DNA of 64,000 nucleotides from Felis catus (GCF_018350175.1 NC_058378.1:31558001-31622000), one strand, 5' to 3'. Shown: positions 49,700 through 60,648, counted from the stretch's first letter. Made by a program: numbers and translations. Notes: generated by a model from the letters alone, not told the origin.

Positions 49700-50474
49700 C
49701 TGCAAGCACAGCCAGGGGGCGCAGTCCTCAGTGGCTACACTCACCCTGTCCTGTCCCCACAAGGGATGGGCTGGAAGAGGGGCCTCCAGCTCTCCTGCCC
49801 GGCCTGGCCCAGGCAGCTTTCTGCCTCCAGCTCCCTCTTCTGTCGTGGCCCCTGTGGGCACGTGGCCCTCCCCCCCACCCCCCTTCTGTCACTACTCTCT
49901 CATTTGTGTACACCTTGTTCTTGGCCCCCTCTGGCCCGCCCACCAGCCCACCCACCAGCCCACCGGTCCTGCCTCCTCCCCTGCCTTCTGCCTTCTGCCT
50001 TCTGCCCCTCCCCCGCCCCGCCTCCCCTCTCCCTCTGCTCGGCCCCTGCTCGGATACACCTTCCGGCCCGTGTCCCAGTGTGCGCGCACGCACGTCATTC
50101 CCGTGTTCGCGAGCATGCGCCTGTGTGCTTATGTGCACGTGTTGCGTCTGTGTGTGCGTCGTGTGCCCCACGGCGGTGGGTGAGGGGGTGTGTCTGCTGA
50201 GTACACCTTTGGACCCCTCCCTCCCAGGTGCCATGGCCAGTGGTCAGCGCAGAGGCGCCTCCGAGAAGCAGGGTCGGGGCAATCCCGCCGAGGACGGAGG
50301 AGGAGGGTGCAGGGGCGTGGTGCAGCTGGGAAAGGTTAGTTTGGGGCTCCAGAAAAGGAGAGGGGGCCCAGGCGGAAGGCCCTGGGCGGGAGCCGAATGA
50401 CACCCAAGTCCTACAGAAGCAGAGAACAAGGCCCTCCACTTCGAGAAAGGCGTGGGCACGGGCTGCGTCCTCAC

Positions 50475-50556
50475 CCTTCGGGGGAGCGTATAGTAGCCAG
50501 AACTGGATAGCGCTCAAGGAGTCTGTCTGCAGGATTTGGCAGAGGAGCTCCAGGAT
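50475..50556 (-). CDS. TBATA: TBATA coding exon 6: ILELLCQILQTDSLSAIQFWLLYAPPK
   Basis: ccacag| ... |gtgagg; highly conserved C-terminal motif. Confidence 0.95.
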
Positions 50557-52457
50557 CTGTGGGCAGGAGGACAGGCCTTGGGTCAGGGTGCCCGGATGGC
50601 ACGTGCCAGCCAGCAGCACAGGCCCCCCTCCCGCTCCCTCAGCCACACGCTTGTCTAAAATGGTCCCCGCGATGGACCCTGCCCCCCCCAATGGTCCCCT
50701 TCCTTGTGACTTCACACTTTATGGAGTGCTTTCTCTCCCGCCAGTCCTGGAGGGAGATTCCTAACCTCCTCACTGGCCAGATGAGGAATCTGAGGCCTTG
50801 AAAGGACACCTAGCAGGGAGAGTGTGGCAGAACGCAGCCTCTGAATCAGGTACGTGGGCCCCTCATTTGTGAAGCCTGCGTGGGCTGATTTTACCCCAAA
50901 GTCCCTCACTGGGGAGGCAAAGGCAGAGCTGGCCAGTCAGCTCCTCGGAGACGCACCGAATCCTTGGTGTGGGGGTTTCAGGGACCACACAGGCCTCCCC
51001 GCCCTGGAGTTCCCAGGGTCTGGAGATGCCAGCAAAGAGGTGGGGTGATCCCAATGGGCGGGCTGAGGGCCAGGGCTGGCTGATGCCGCAGATCGCCCAG
51101 CGTGGGGCTCCGTCCCGCCGAGCAGTGTGCACACTTCGCTGTCGGCCGGTTCCTCAGCCTCTGGCACCTTTGCCACTTCGGGGCCCTCTTTCCCCCGTGT
51201 TCTCCAGTCACGGGTCATCAGGGGAGGATCCAGCTCTGTGTCAGATGGGCTAAGGGGGCGGCTGTGCCTATGGTCGGCCGGAGTTGGGGCCTGTGGTGGG
51301 AGGTGGAGCCCCTGAAGTCCTGGGAAAGTGGGGTCCCCTTAGTGCTTGGCGGTCAGTCTTCCCATGACCTGAAGGGGCCCCGTCAGTCCCCAGCAGGTCG
51401 GCCTCATTCTTGGCAGAGTGGGAACTAGGCCAAGGCTCTTCCCAGGCCTATGCCTGCTAGGGTGCCCCCTTATCCCCAGATACCCGCCTGCTGTCGTGAC
51501 CCCCACCCTGGGTGTGCCCCTGGGCCCTTCTCCGTTCTCCGCATCCAACTTACCTGCCCTGTGCCCCCTCCCCACAGGACCTGAGAACCTAATTCCAGGC
51601 AAGATGAGGCCGCCCTATGGTGGAGAAAGTACTGCTCTAGTCCCAGCTATGCTGCTCCCTCTCTGGGGACCTGGGCCACAGAATGTCACCTGGCAGGGCC
51701 TTGGCCTCCCTATCCATGGAACGGGGATCCTGGGCCCTGTCTGCTCTATCCACTTCACGGGACTGTTGTAAGTCTCCAAAGGGACTGCGTGCTCGGAAGT
51801 GCTGATCACGGGGAGGGTGTCGAGATGCGGGCTCAGTGTCTAACCTTTCCTGGAGAATACGTATGCGTTGTCACAGGGGACCCTCAAGTCGCCTCAGCCC
51901 AGCGGAATCAGTCACGGACTCATGCCAGGCCTCGATGGGAAACTTGCATGCGGAGGAGGTGGGTTTCTGCTTCATGTGGTACAGACCAAACCCCCCAGAG
52001 TGTGCGGGGACCGGGCTGGGACTGGCCTTGCAGCCTGCAGGCTGCAGCACACCAGGGCGTGGGCTGGGGACACAGCTGGCAGGACCCTGCTCTCCACGCG
52101 TGTCACTCCCTCCCTGAACTCATCCAGTGCCACAGCTGGAGCAGCCCCTCGAGACATGTTCCTGCTCCCAGCTTGGGTAGATCCTGGCACTAAAGCCCCG
52201 AGGGAAAAGGCCTTCAAAGAGGGGGGGGGAAGGCTCACACAGAAACCTGGAGGCGGCAGGGGATTGGATCCAGGCTCCTGACTCCCAGGTCTCACAGCCT
52301 CGGGTACAAGCGTCCCTGGGAGAGGCCGCACTCGAAAGCAGTTTGTAAGCACCTCATTGGGATTACTGTGAGCCTGGGAGCAGCAACCACCATGTTCTCA
52401 GCCCTCAAGACGAGGCCTCGGTTGGGCCTGTGGCCCCCAGCCTTCCCAGGGCCTCAC

Positions 52458-52634
52458 CAGCAGCTCCTGATCCGGCAGCTTGAAGGTCTGGACTCCTCCA
52501 TCTTTACCAGAGGGATAAATCCGTGGGTCCTGGCGGGAGTGACGGTGGCCAGTGGCTCTGGTGCCAGTGGGGATGAGCCTGCCGGTCTCAGCTGAGTATT
52601 TTGCTCCCTGCTCCCGCGGAGGCTCCTCCTTCTG
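52458..52634 (-). CDS. TBATA: TBATA coding exon 5: QKEEPPREQGAKYSAETGRLIP...DQELL
   Basis: ctcccag| ... |gtgagg; 59 codons; AKYSAETGRLIP motif. Confidence 0.94.
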
Positions 52635-52666
52635 CTGGGAGCAAAGTAGCTAGAGACTCCAGGCAG

Positions 52667-52698
<32 letters not shown>

Positions 52699-53298
52699 GC
52701 TCAAGGAAGAAGCCAGAGCAGAAGAGAAGGAGGCCCAGTCACACCTCCAGGGCACCATCACCTCCTGGAATCCCAGCGTCACAGCGTTGCAGGGACCTGG
52801 GAGGATGACCGGGCCAGCCCCACCCTGTTCTGGACCCCTCTCCCCAGCCGGGAGCCCATCAGTTAAAGCCAAAGTTCTTCTTCCTGGAACTTCTTGAATG
52901 CTGGAGCCCCTGGTGGTCCTCTGAAGTCCTCATACTTCCTCCTGGGTAGACCCTCCCTGCCCAACCCCCCCCCCCCAAGCCTATCAGAGATTTGAAAGCA
53001 GTATCCTGGGCCAAGGCCCCCGTCGCCTACCTTAATTCCTAGCTCAGCTGCCCCCAGGTCTTTCCCCCAGAGCTTGGCATCCTTTCTTTGCCCTGGGAAA
53101 ACCCTTCTGAGCCAGGCCTGTGGGTACAAGGCCTGGGACCTCCTACCCCTGCAACCCCAGTTGAGACTGGTAGTATCTTTCTTCCCATTTTAAAGGTAGG
53201 AAAAGTGAGACCCAGACAGTTTAGCTGAGTTGCAGTGAGCATTGCAGTGAGTTAGCTGCAAAGCAGGGATGAGAACTCTGCTGCCCAAGACAAGGGCA

Positions 53299-53502
53299 GG
53301 GGGTGCCTGGGTGACTCAGTCGGTTGCTTTCAGCTCAGGTCATGATCTCACGGTTCGTGAGACTGTGCCCCATGTTGGGCTCTGTGCTGGTGGTATGGAG
53401 CCTGCTTGGGATTCTCTTCCTCCCTCTCTCTCTGCCCCTTCCCCGCTGTTGTGCTCTCTCTCTCTCAAAACAAATAAATAAACATTAAAAAAAAAAAAAA
53501 AA
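53299..53502 (+). mobile_element. Can-SINE in a TBATA intron (antisense to the gene), TSD aagacaagggcagg
   Basis: SINEC sequence with a clear TSD. Confidence 0.9.
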
Positions 53503-54102
53503 GACAAGGGCAGGACCAGACTCTGTCCCCAAGGGCCAGGCCTGTCCTAAGTCCAATTCCAACTACCTTCAAGCTGCCTCCCAATTGCCTTTACTGGCTT
53601 GCCAGCAAATAGCACCCGTGAGGCCACCCCATCCTGTTTGAAATCCTTCGGTGGTCCTCCGCTCCTTAGGAGATCTGACACTACACCAAGTTGAGAAACT
53701 AAGAACAAACGCCTCTTCTTGCCCACATTCAAAGTCGGCCCCTTCCCACCCTCCCCCCGATGGCTGCCCGCTTCAATTCCCTGGACCTCAGCCCCGGTCT
53801 CTAAAGATGTCCTGCATTTCCCAGCTTCTGAGCGTTTGAGCCGCCTGCCCCCACGAGGAATGCCTCCCCTGTCGGGTTCTGAACATCCCACCTCTGCTAT
53901 GAACCCTTCTTGGACTTCTCCACCTAGCCACGATGGACCCTCCCCCTTCCACTGGTGCCGCGCAGCCCCTCCTCCCGTGCCAACAGAGCGCCCCTCGTGA
54001 GCGCTGTCCCTGCACCCCATTAGGTGGAATCCACTCGGGAGGGATTCCAAGGGACGGCCCCGTCGCACCCCTTCCCAGACAGCTCCTGTGTTCCGCACCC
54101 AC

Positions 54103-54196
54103 CTCTTTGCTCTTCAGCTCGTTCTGGGTGAAGACGGCCACCCGAGAAGCCAGGTTCCCCTTTGGGGAAGGGGAAGAAGTTCCTTCTTCCAGGCCT
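54103..54196 (-). pseudogene. TBATA: TBATA coding exon 4, frameshifted: EAWKKEL, then a 20-nt segment, then NLASRVAVFTQNELKSKE in a different frame; premature TGA at 54116-54114
   Basis: The exon is 94 nt between a phase-1 acceptor (gtcccag|) and a phase-0 donor (|gtgggt), which is not frame-compatible. The two conserved halves lie in different frames. Confidence 0.88.
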
Positions 54197-55055
54197 CTGG
54201 GACGAGGGGACAAGACGTTGCCAGCTGATACCCGGGGTCCTCCTCTTTGCCCTCCCTGCGGCACCCGGCACTGGAGGGCTGTGGGGGGTGGGAAGAGCCT
54301 GCTCACCTCCCCAGCCTTCTGCCCTGTGTCCTACAGGGAGAGGGGGAGGCGGTGCCCTTGAGGGAAGGAGCGGCAATGCCCCCATTGGTAGGTGAGTGCG
54401 GTCGCTACCGGAGGGGGCTGAAGTTCATATCCCAGCCTGTGGCTTCCCCGGGGAGGTGCTGGAGATGCTTGGCTACCGGGGCCGAGATGCCTGTGGTTTA
54501 ATCTAGCTTTGCCTCTTTTAGGAGCCGGAGGCTGGCACCGAGGTTGGCTCAGTTGCTATGCTGTGCCAGTCACTCAGATACTGGACTGTTCCTGGCGAAG
54601 CCTCCCAAGCCTCTCTGCGCTGCAGGGCTGTCCTGGTTCCTCCTCCTTGGGGGCTCTCCCCATCCCCACCCCCGCCGGCGGGCTTTCCCTTGGCCCTTCC
54701 AGAAGGGTCAGACTGGGCAGGGCAGGGCAGGGGCCTCCAGAAAGCTTTTGCTCCAGCCCCGTCTCTGGCTGGATGGCTCTCACTGACTGGTGCCTGAACA
54801 TACAAGCTGCTCAATATTTCCAATATCATTCCTGCCTGTAGCTGTCAATCACGTGACTATCTGCCCGTCCTCTGTGATAACGCCTCAAACACCTCAAATC
54901 TGGGTAGGGGCCACATTTCTGAGGACCCGGGCAGTGGGGAAAAATGCACATTCTGCTGTCTGAGGAAATGTGGAAAACTCTAGGGTGCCCCACGGAACCC
55001 CACTGACCTAAGAGCACTGGTCCTTTCCTTCCCGGGAACCTGCCGAAGTACCCAC

Positions 55056-55211
55056 CATAAGGAAGCCAGGGGTCCCGATTGGACTGCGGGTCTCCGATGG
55101 GGACAGGGATGGTGGGCATCGTCATCAGACAGCAGGATAAGAGTGTGGCTTGAGGCAAGGGGGCCAGAGAGAACTTGTCTCTGACGACGCAGACGGGCTT
55201 CCCGGTGAAAT
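55056..55211 (-). CDS. TBATA: TBATA coding exon 3: DFTGKPVCVVRD...PTIPVPIGDPQSNRDPWLPY
   Basis: ttcacag| ... |gtgggt; GKPVCVVRD and PIGDPQSNR motifs. Confidence 0.95.
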
Positions 55212-56158
55212 CTGTGAAGGGTTAGAGGCTGTGGGAAGGAGGGCCTGGGCCTTATCTCTGATTATCTCTAGAGCAGGGCCACTAACTCTTCCGCTGCTAT
55301 CTCCTTGGTCTACACCACCATCAGGCAGGCCAAGAGAGTCACTCCTGTCACTTCTTTGTCTTCAACCTTCCAGTGGCTCCCACTGACTCAGTGAGATGGT
55401 TTAATGGTAACTGGGGTGACCTCTAAGGCCCACACAATCTGGACCCCCCCCCCCACCTCCTTTCTGGTGTATCTCCCTTCTACCCCTCCTTACTCTGTTC
55501 CAGCTGCACTGGCTTCCTTGCTGTTCCTCCAGCAGAACCAGGATACCTGCCTCAGGGCCTTTGAACTTGCTGTTCCCAGCTGGGACGTTCTTCCCCCAGT
55601 ATCCACATGGTTCACGCCCTCTCTGCTTTAGTTCTTTGCTCAAATCCCATGCTATTAATCAGGTCTCCTCCCCTCTAGAGCCTTGGCTTACCACACTCTG
55701 ACACTTATCTATTTCCTATCCTTCCCCGTCAGAGTCAGCTCCATGACGGCAGGGACTATCTCATCCTGCTGTATCCCCGGGGCCTAAAAAAAGTGCCTGA
55801 CCCAGAGTTCCCACTGAATAAGATACCTGATGAATGGATGGCTAAGTGGATGAATTGGCCTGCGTTAGAGAACGGAGTACAGTTCCGGGGCCGAACATTC
55901 ATCCGTTTCTCTGATTTTTAAAATGGCAGAATCGGCAATGAGGGAAATCCTGTAAGGGCTACACAGTCTGCCCTTGAAGTCTGCCCCACAAGTCCAGTCT
56001 TCCCTTGACCAAGTCCTTGCCAGTGGCCAGGCAGCTCTGTGACCCAAATCTCCATCCTCTCTGGGCCTCGGCTCCGAAACAGGGGCTGCGTCCTCCCTTT
56101 CCAGTTCTCAAGACTGGCCCACCACCTTCAGCCAGGCCCTGACCTCCCCCAGGCCTAC

Positions 56159-56394
56159 CTTGGATGTGGGTCACGTGTTGTGGGTGGGGGTGGTGCCGGG
56201 AGAAGAAGGAGTGGTGGCTGAGGCGGCCAAAGCGGTAGGCCCCGGGGCTTTGGGGCTTGGGGGTCCTCAGCGCCGCTTGGATCAGCTGGAAATCCACGAT
56301 CCCTGGGATCATCAGTTCTTTCCGTGGTCTGCCGTTCCCGTGGCTCCTTGGGCTGTGCCCTAACTTCTTTTCAGGCTTCAGCTGAGCCCTTGGA
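56159..56394 (-). CDS. TBATA: TBATA coding exon 2: PRAQLKPEKK...IPGIVDF...FGRLSHHSFFSRHHPHPQHVTHIQ
   Basis: ccttcag| ... |gtaggc; the conserved GRLSHHSFFSRHHPHP motif is present. Confidence 0.96.
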
Positions 56395-57759
56395 CTGAAG
56401 GAGAAGGTCAAGGAGAAGCTAATGGAGCCTCCTGGCTGCAGTGCCCACCCAAGCTCAGAGCTCAGTGCTTATATGTCTAGTCCCGAGACACGCTGAAGTC
56501 GCTTTCTAGGATTTCGCTTCCACCCCCATGGCACCCAAAGCCAGGCCTCCCCCGGGGTCCTTTCCCAACTGGCGCAATCCAGTCCCAGGGAGCCTTCTGT
56601 CTTCCTAAGGTGCTTTCACAGGGAGCTAGGATCTACTTGAGAAAACTCAGATGAATCTCCCAAGATCTCCGTTTTCTCCCGGAAACCATCTCTAAAGCCG
56701 GAAAAAGGACATAGACCCACCTACTCATCCAAATACGTGGGTTGGAGCAAAGGTGCATCATATACACCTCCAGGGGCAGGGGGCAGACAAAGAGCCTCTC
56801 CCCAAGCCAACTACTGGCAGCCCAGGAGAAGCCAGCTATAGGCAACACCCCCCTCGCCCCCCACCCCACCCCCACCCCGTCCCTGTACCCTCCGGGCAGA
56901 CTTGGCCCAGACTCAGCGTCCAAGGGCCAAAGCTGGAACAACAAGGCCAGACCACGTCAGCAAGTCCTTTGCGGTGGGGGCCGCTCCCAGGAGATGCCGA
57001 GCTGACGGGGCAGCTATCAGAGTTGCAACGCTTCGGGGAAGCGTCAAGCTCTTGCTTGGCTTCGCTGGAGACAAGCTTCTCAGGTTGTCTGTCCTCCACC
57101 CTGCACCCCTTCCCTCTCCTGACGATGCTGGGCCCTGCCTCCGGAGGAGGAGCTCGAGGTCAGTCCAGCAAGGATCCAAAGGGGGGTTGCTCTCCGCCTG
57201 GGGCCTGGTGAGACCACCTGCCTTCTCGCTGTCTGCATTCCCTTCTCCCGGTGGCCCTGGCTGAAGGGAGTCCCTCTGGAGAAGAGACGGACTCTGGATA
57301 TGCTAAGCAAGACGCTCTGCCCCGGGACCCTCTGAGGATTTCGCTGACCAGGCCCCTGAGTTTTCGGTGCCGTCCTCCATCGGCCTCTAAGGGATCTGGG
57401 ACTTAAAGAAATAAAGCAAACCTTCTCTGAAAGGTGCAGTTACTTGGTCTCTCCTACCCCAACTGACAGAGGGAGTCACCCCTTAAAAACCCCAGGAATT
57501 CTTGCTCTCGGTGCCTCTACCCCCTGCCACCGTGTCCTTTCCCTCCCCAGGGAGGGACCCAGTCTGTGACCTGTGCTAACTCAGGCCTGAGAACCCACGG
57601 TGGGGGGGGGGGGGGGGGCTGGCGGATGGCAGCAGAGGGCGAGGGAAGGACTGCGTCTCTTGGCCCCTGGGTCAGGTGAGTTCCCCAGGCCACGCCTGCC
57701 CCCCCTGCCCCACCCCCCCCCACGCCTTTGGTCAGCAGGACAGGCGCTTGGGGTCCTAC

Positions 57760-57806
57760 CTCATTAGTAGATGTTCAGCCAACGGGGTCTTCGCCTCTGT
57801 AGCCAT
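57760..57806 (-). CDS. TBATA: TBATA first coding segment MATEAKTPLAEHLLMS (the exon probably begins at 57916, after ttcctctcccccaag)
   Basis: ATG at 57806; AG|gtagga donor in phase 2; similar to the recalled human MATDVQLADYPLMS. Confidence 0.88.
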
Positions 57807-58922
57807 CGTAGGCTTTCTAATGGATAAAGGCCCGCGCACTTAACCCTAGCGTTGAAGTTGGATAACAGGAACTCTCACAGACGGGCGGTTCCTGGAGTTG
57901 TAACCCGGCGCAGACCCTTGGGGGAGAGGAATGGACAGCATCTCACAAAACCGAATACTTGCGTATGCTGTACCGCTCAGCAATTCCCTTCCCAGACATT
58001 CAGCCAAGGGAAGGGCAACAGGGGCCATTTGTGAGACTGTTCAGACTAACGTTGCTCAAATTGGCAAACACCAAACGTCCCATGGCGGAAGAATGGAGCT
58101 GTGCTCTGTGTGGTCAGCTGAACATCACCTTGCAGTGAAAACGAACCACAGCCACACGGAATGACGTGGGTGAATCTCACAAATACAGTTGCAAAGTCAA
58201 GGCAGGCAAGTCCCAGAAAACCTTACGGCCCGAGATCCTTTTTCAAAATAAAGTATAAAGGCAAGCCAAAGTCTCACACATGTGATCAAATGAGGGGGGA
58301 AAGGCAAAAAAATGCGAACTGCAGTGATTCAGCTAGTGGCTATTTCCGAGGGAAGTTGGGGGGGGGGTGTTGAAATGGGGAGGGAGTACATAAGGTGTGT
58401 TGATGATGATATTCTCGTTCTTGGTTTGAGAGGCGCATTTGCTGGTGCCCGTTATAATATGAAATAAACTAAATCAGTGGAGTGGATGAAGGATGATAGT
58501 TGTTGAGGAATTGTGATCAGTCTAAAAATCTATACATCGGAATATAGCTATACAGCTATGCATATACACTTACATTTACATTTACATAGATGTATCTATT
58601 TATCTGTCCCCAAAGTGCAGGGATCGCGGGTGCTAGGAAGGGGGCTGGGACAGGAAGTCAGTGCATTCTGAAAATTAACTCTCGGTCACAAGATCTGCAA
58701 GGGACCCCAGAAATCCCCAGGGCCAAAGGCTTATCAGGCTAGGGTGGAACTGGGTGGGGGGGCAGCACTGCCTGAGACTGGGGAAGGAGAGACTTGAGGT
58801 CCCAGAGCAAGGACCCAAACATCCTGACTTGACGCCTTTAAAGAGAAAAACAGTTGGCAGAACTTCCTTCGAGGGAAGCTGTGGATGTTCTCGATGATGG
58901 TTCTGCGATCTAGAGCACTTAC

Positions 58923-58971
58923 ATGCTGCAGGCTTGGGAACAGGCGATTTGGAAGCCCCCAACCCATCTGC
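58923..58971 (-). other. TBATA: Probable TBATA 5'UTR exon (49 nt)
   Basis: Strong acceptor ctttctcctgtag| and donor CAT|gtaagt, lying between the promoter and the ATG exon. Confidence 0.6.
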
Positions 58972-59502
58972 CTACAGGAGAAAGTACTTGTTAGAACGGA
59001 GACTTTCGAACGCTCTTGACTGCGCTCATAGTAAGAAACTCATTGTTACATTGTGACCTGATTCACATGCGCGTGTGCACACGCTTTTGTGTATGTGAAA
59101 CTGAAGCAGGAACATCCCGAAGCAACACTTATCCTTGCTACATCCGATGCACAGTGATATTTTCATCTCACTTTTTGTTTTTATTTTGTAAATGTTAGCT
59201 GTGGCCCATTAAATTGATTCTATAAGCCACTGATGGGTCACAACCCACAGCTGCTGTGGAAAGGTCACCAGGGACTCGAGCAGGCCAGGCCTGCTTTTCC
59301 AGAGCGGGATGGGACGGGCCCCACTGTGTCTGCCTCTGCCCTCGCTTCCCTCTCTGCCTGGGGCCCCAACCAGCTGAGTCCAAGGGGTCTGAATGCTCAC
59401 ACCAAGCCTGAGACCGAACATCCCTTTCCTGTCTCAGCTCCCCCTGGGCCCCTGTCTGGCTCCGGTGTCCACTTCCTCCCCTGGAGAGATCCGTGGACTC
59501 AC

Positions 59503-59620
59503 CGAGGTAAGTGTCTGCTACAGCATGTGAGTGAGAAGTCCCTGGTGCCCGAGCAGAAAGGAGCAAGAGGGCGCATCAACAGGGAGGCTCGGCTGATTCT
59601 GCGGGCAAGCCTGTCGGGCT
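59503..59620 (-). other. TBATA: Probable TBATA first (non-coding) exon; TSS approximate
   Basis: Donor TCG|gtgagt at 59503/59502, just downstream of an RFX X-box. Confidence 0.5.
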
Positions 59621-59641
59621 TTGTGACTACGTGAGCCAGTG

Positions 59642-59654
59642 GTTGCTAGGTTAC
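59642..59654 (-). promoter_or_regulatory. RFX X-box (GTAACCTAGCAAC) in the putative TBATA promoter
   Basis: Exact fit to the consensus GTNRCC(N0-3)RGYAAC. Confidence 0.65.
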
Positions 59655-60479
59655 CCCTTCCCCACACCTCCAGAGCCAAGCTCCCCAGCGCCCCTCTCCT
59701 CACCACCCCGGCTCCTCTTACCCCTCCAAGTTCCCTTTCCTTCTGGCACTGTGTTTTCAGTGGGGGCCCAGGGAGACGATGAGAGTCTGGGGCTGCTTTC
59801 AGCCAGCAAGCAGCAGAGAAGGTTGATGGAGCTCGGGCCCTGCTCTGCCAGCCCGACCCGGTCTGATGCCACCATAGCGGGCTCTGCCTCCACACATGCA
59901 GGGCCGTTTCTAGGGATTGACTGGCATCCAGCTGTCTCTTAGCCGGAGGGAAGGAGGCTGCCCAAGTGACCCAGAGCATCCCTCCAGCCCCGCTCTAGGC
60001 AGGATAGCTGGGTGGAAAGACTGGTCTTCAGTTGGGCTGGGGTTTTGACTGATTCTGTCAGATGTCCCACCTTAGGTAAGTCGCCTGTGCTGCCGGGAAC
60101 ACAGAACGGTGGTGAGAAGGCTCGGTTCGAATACCGGTTGTGCTCCTTCTCAGCTGTGTGGCCTCAGACAGATTACCTGATGTCTCTGACCCTCGATTTC
60201 CCATATCTCTGAAATGGAGATGCTACTTCCACTCACTCTCATGGGATTGTCGGGAAGACCGAGTGACTCAACGCATACTGAAGTGTTTCCGACAGTGTTA
60301 GGCACTAAGTAAGAACTCCTACCTCCTTGCCTGTAAGGCGGGGTGGCCTCCCCGGTTCCCGCGATTAGGGAAGCAATGCATCGAGGCTTATGCCTGGCAC
60401 ACAAGAGGTGCTCTAAAATGGTAGAGAGAATACTCATTATGTCTTGATGGAGATAGGAATTTTTTCTGAGGGAGACAAA

Positions 60480-60648
60480 AACCACGCGTGGGTGAGTGGG
60501 GCAGGGGCAGAGAGAGGGGGTCAGAGGATCTGAAGCGGGCTCCGCACAGACAGCAGAGAGCCCGATGCGGGGCCCGAACTCACGAACTGTGAGATCGTGA
60601 CCCGAGCCAGAGGCAGATGCTTAACCGACTGATCCACCCGGGCGCCCC
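60480..60648 (-). mobile_element. Can-SINE
   Basis: SINEC head and body. Confidence 0.82.

Larger units (their letters stand above)
46813..59654 (-). other. TBATA: TBATA (thymus, brain and testes associated; SPATIAL/C10orf27) locus, with a frameshift in the fourth coding exon
   Basis: Nine coding exons translate to recognisable TBATA segments. The position downstream of ADAMTS14 on the opposite strand matches known mammalian synteny. Confidence 0.95.

Noticed and set aside
49274-50200. 308-aa + strand ORF, the longest in the track
   Set aside because: GC-rich and low-complexity, antisense to a TBATA exon and intron, non-ATG start, no recognisable domain.
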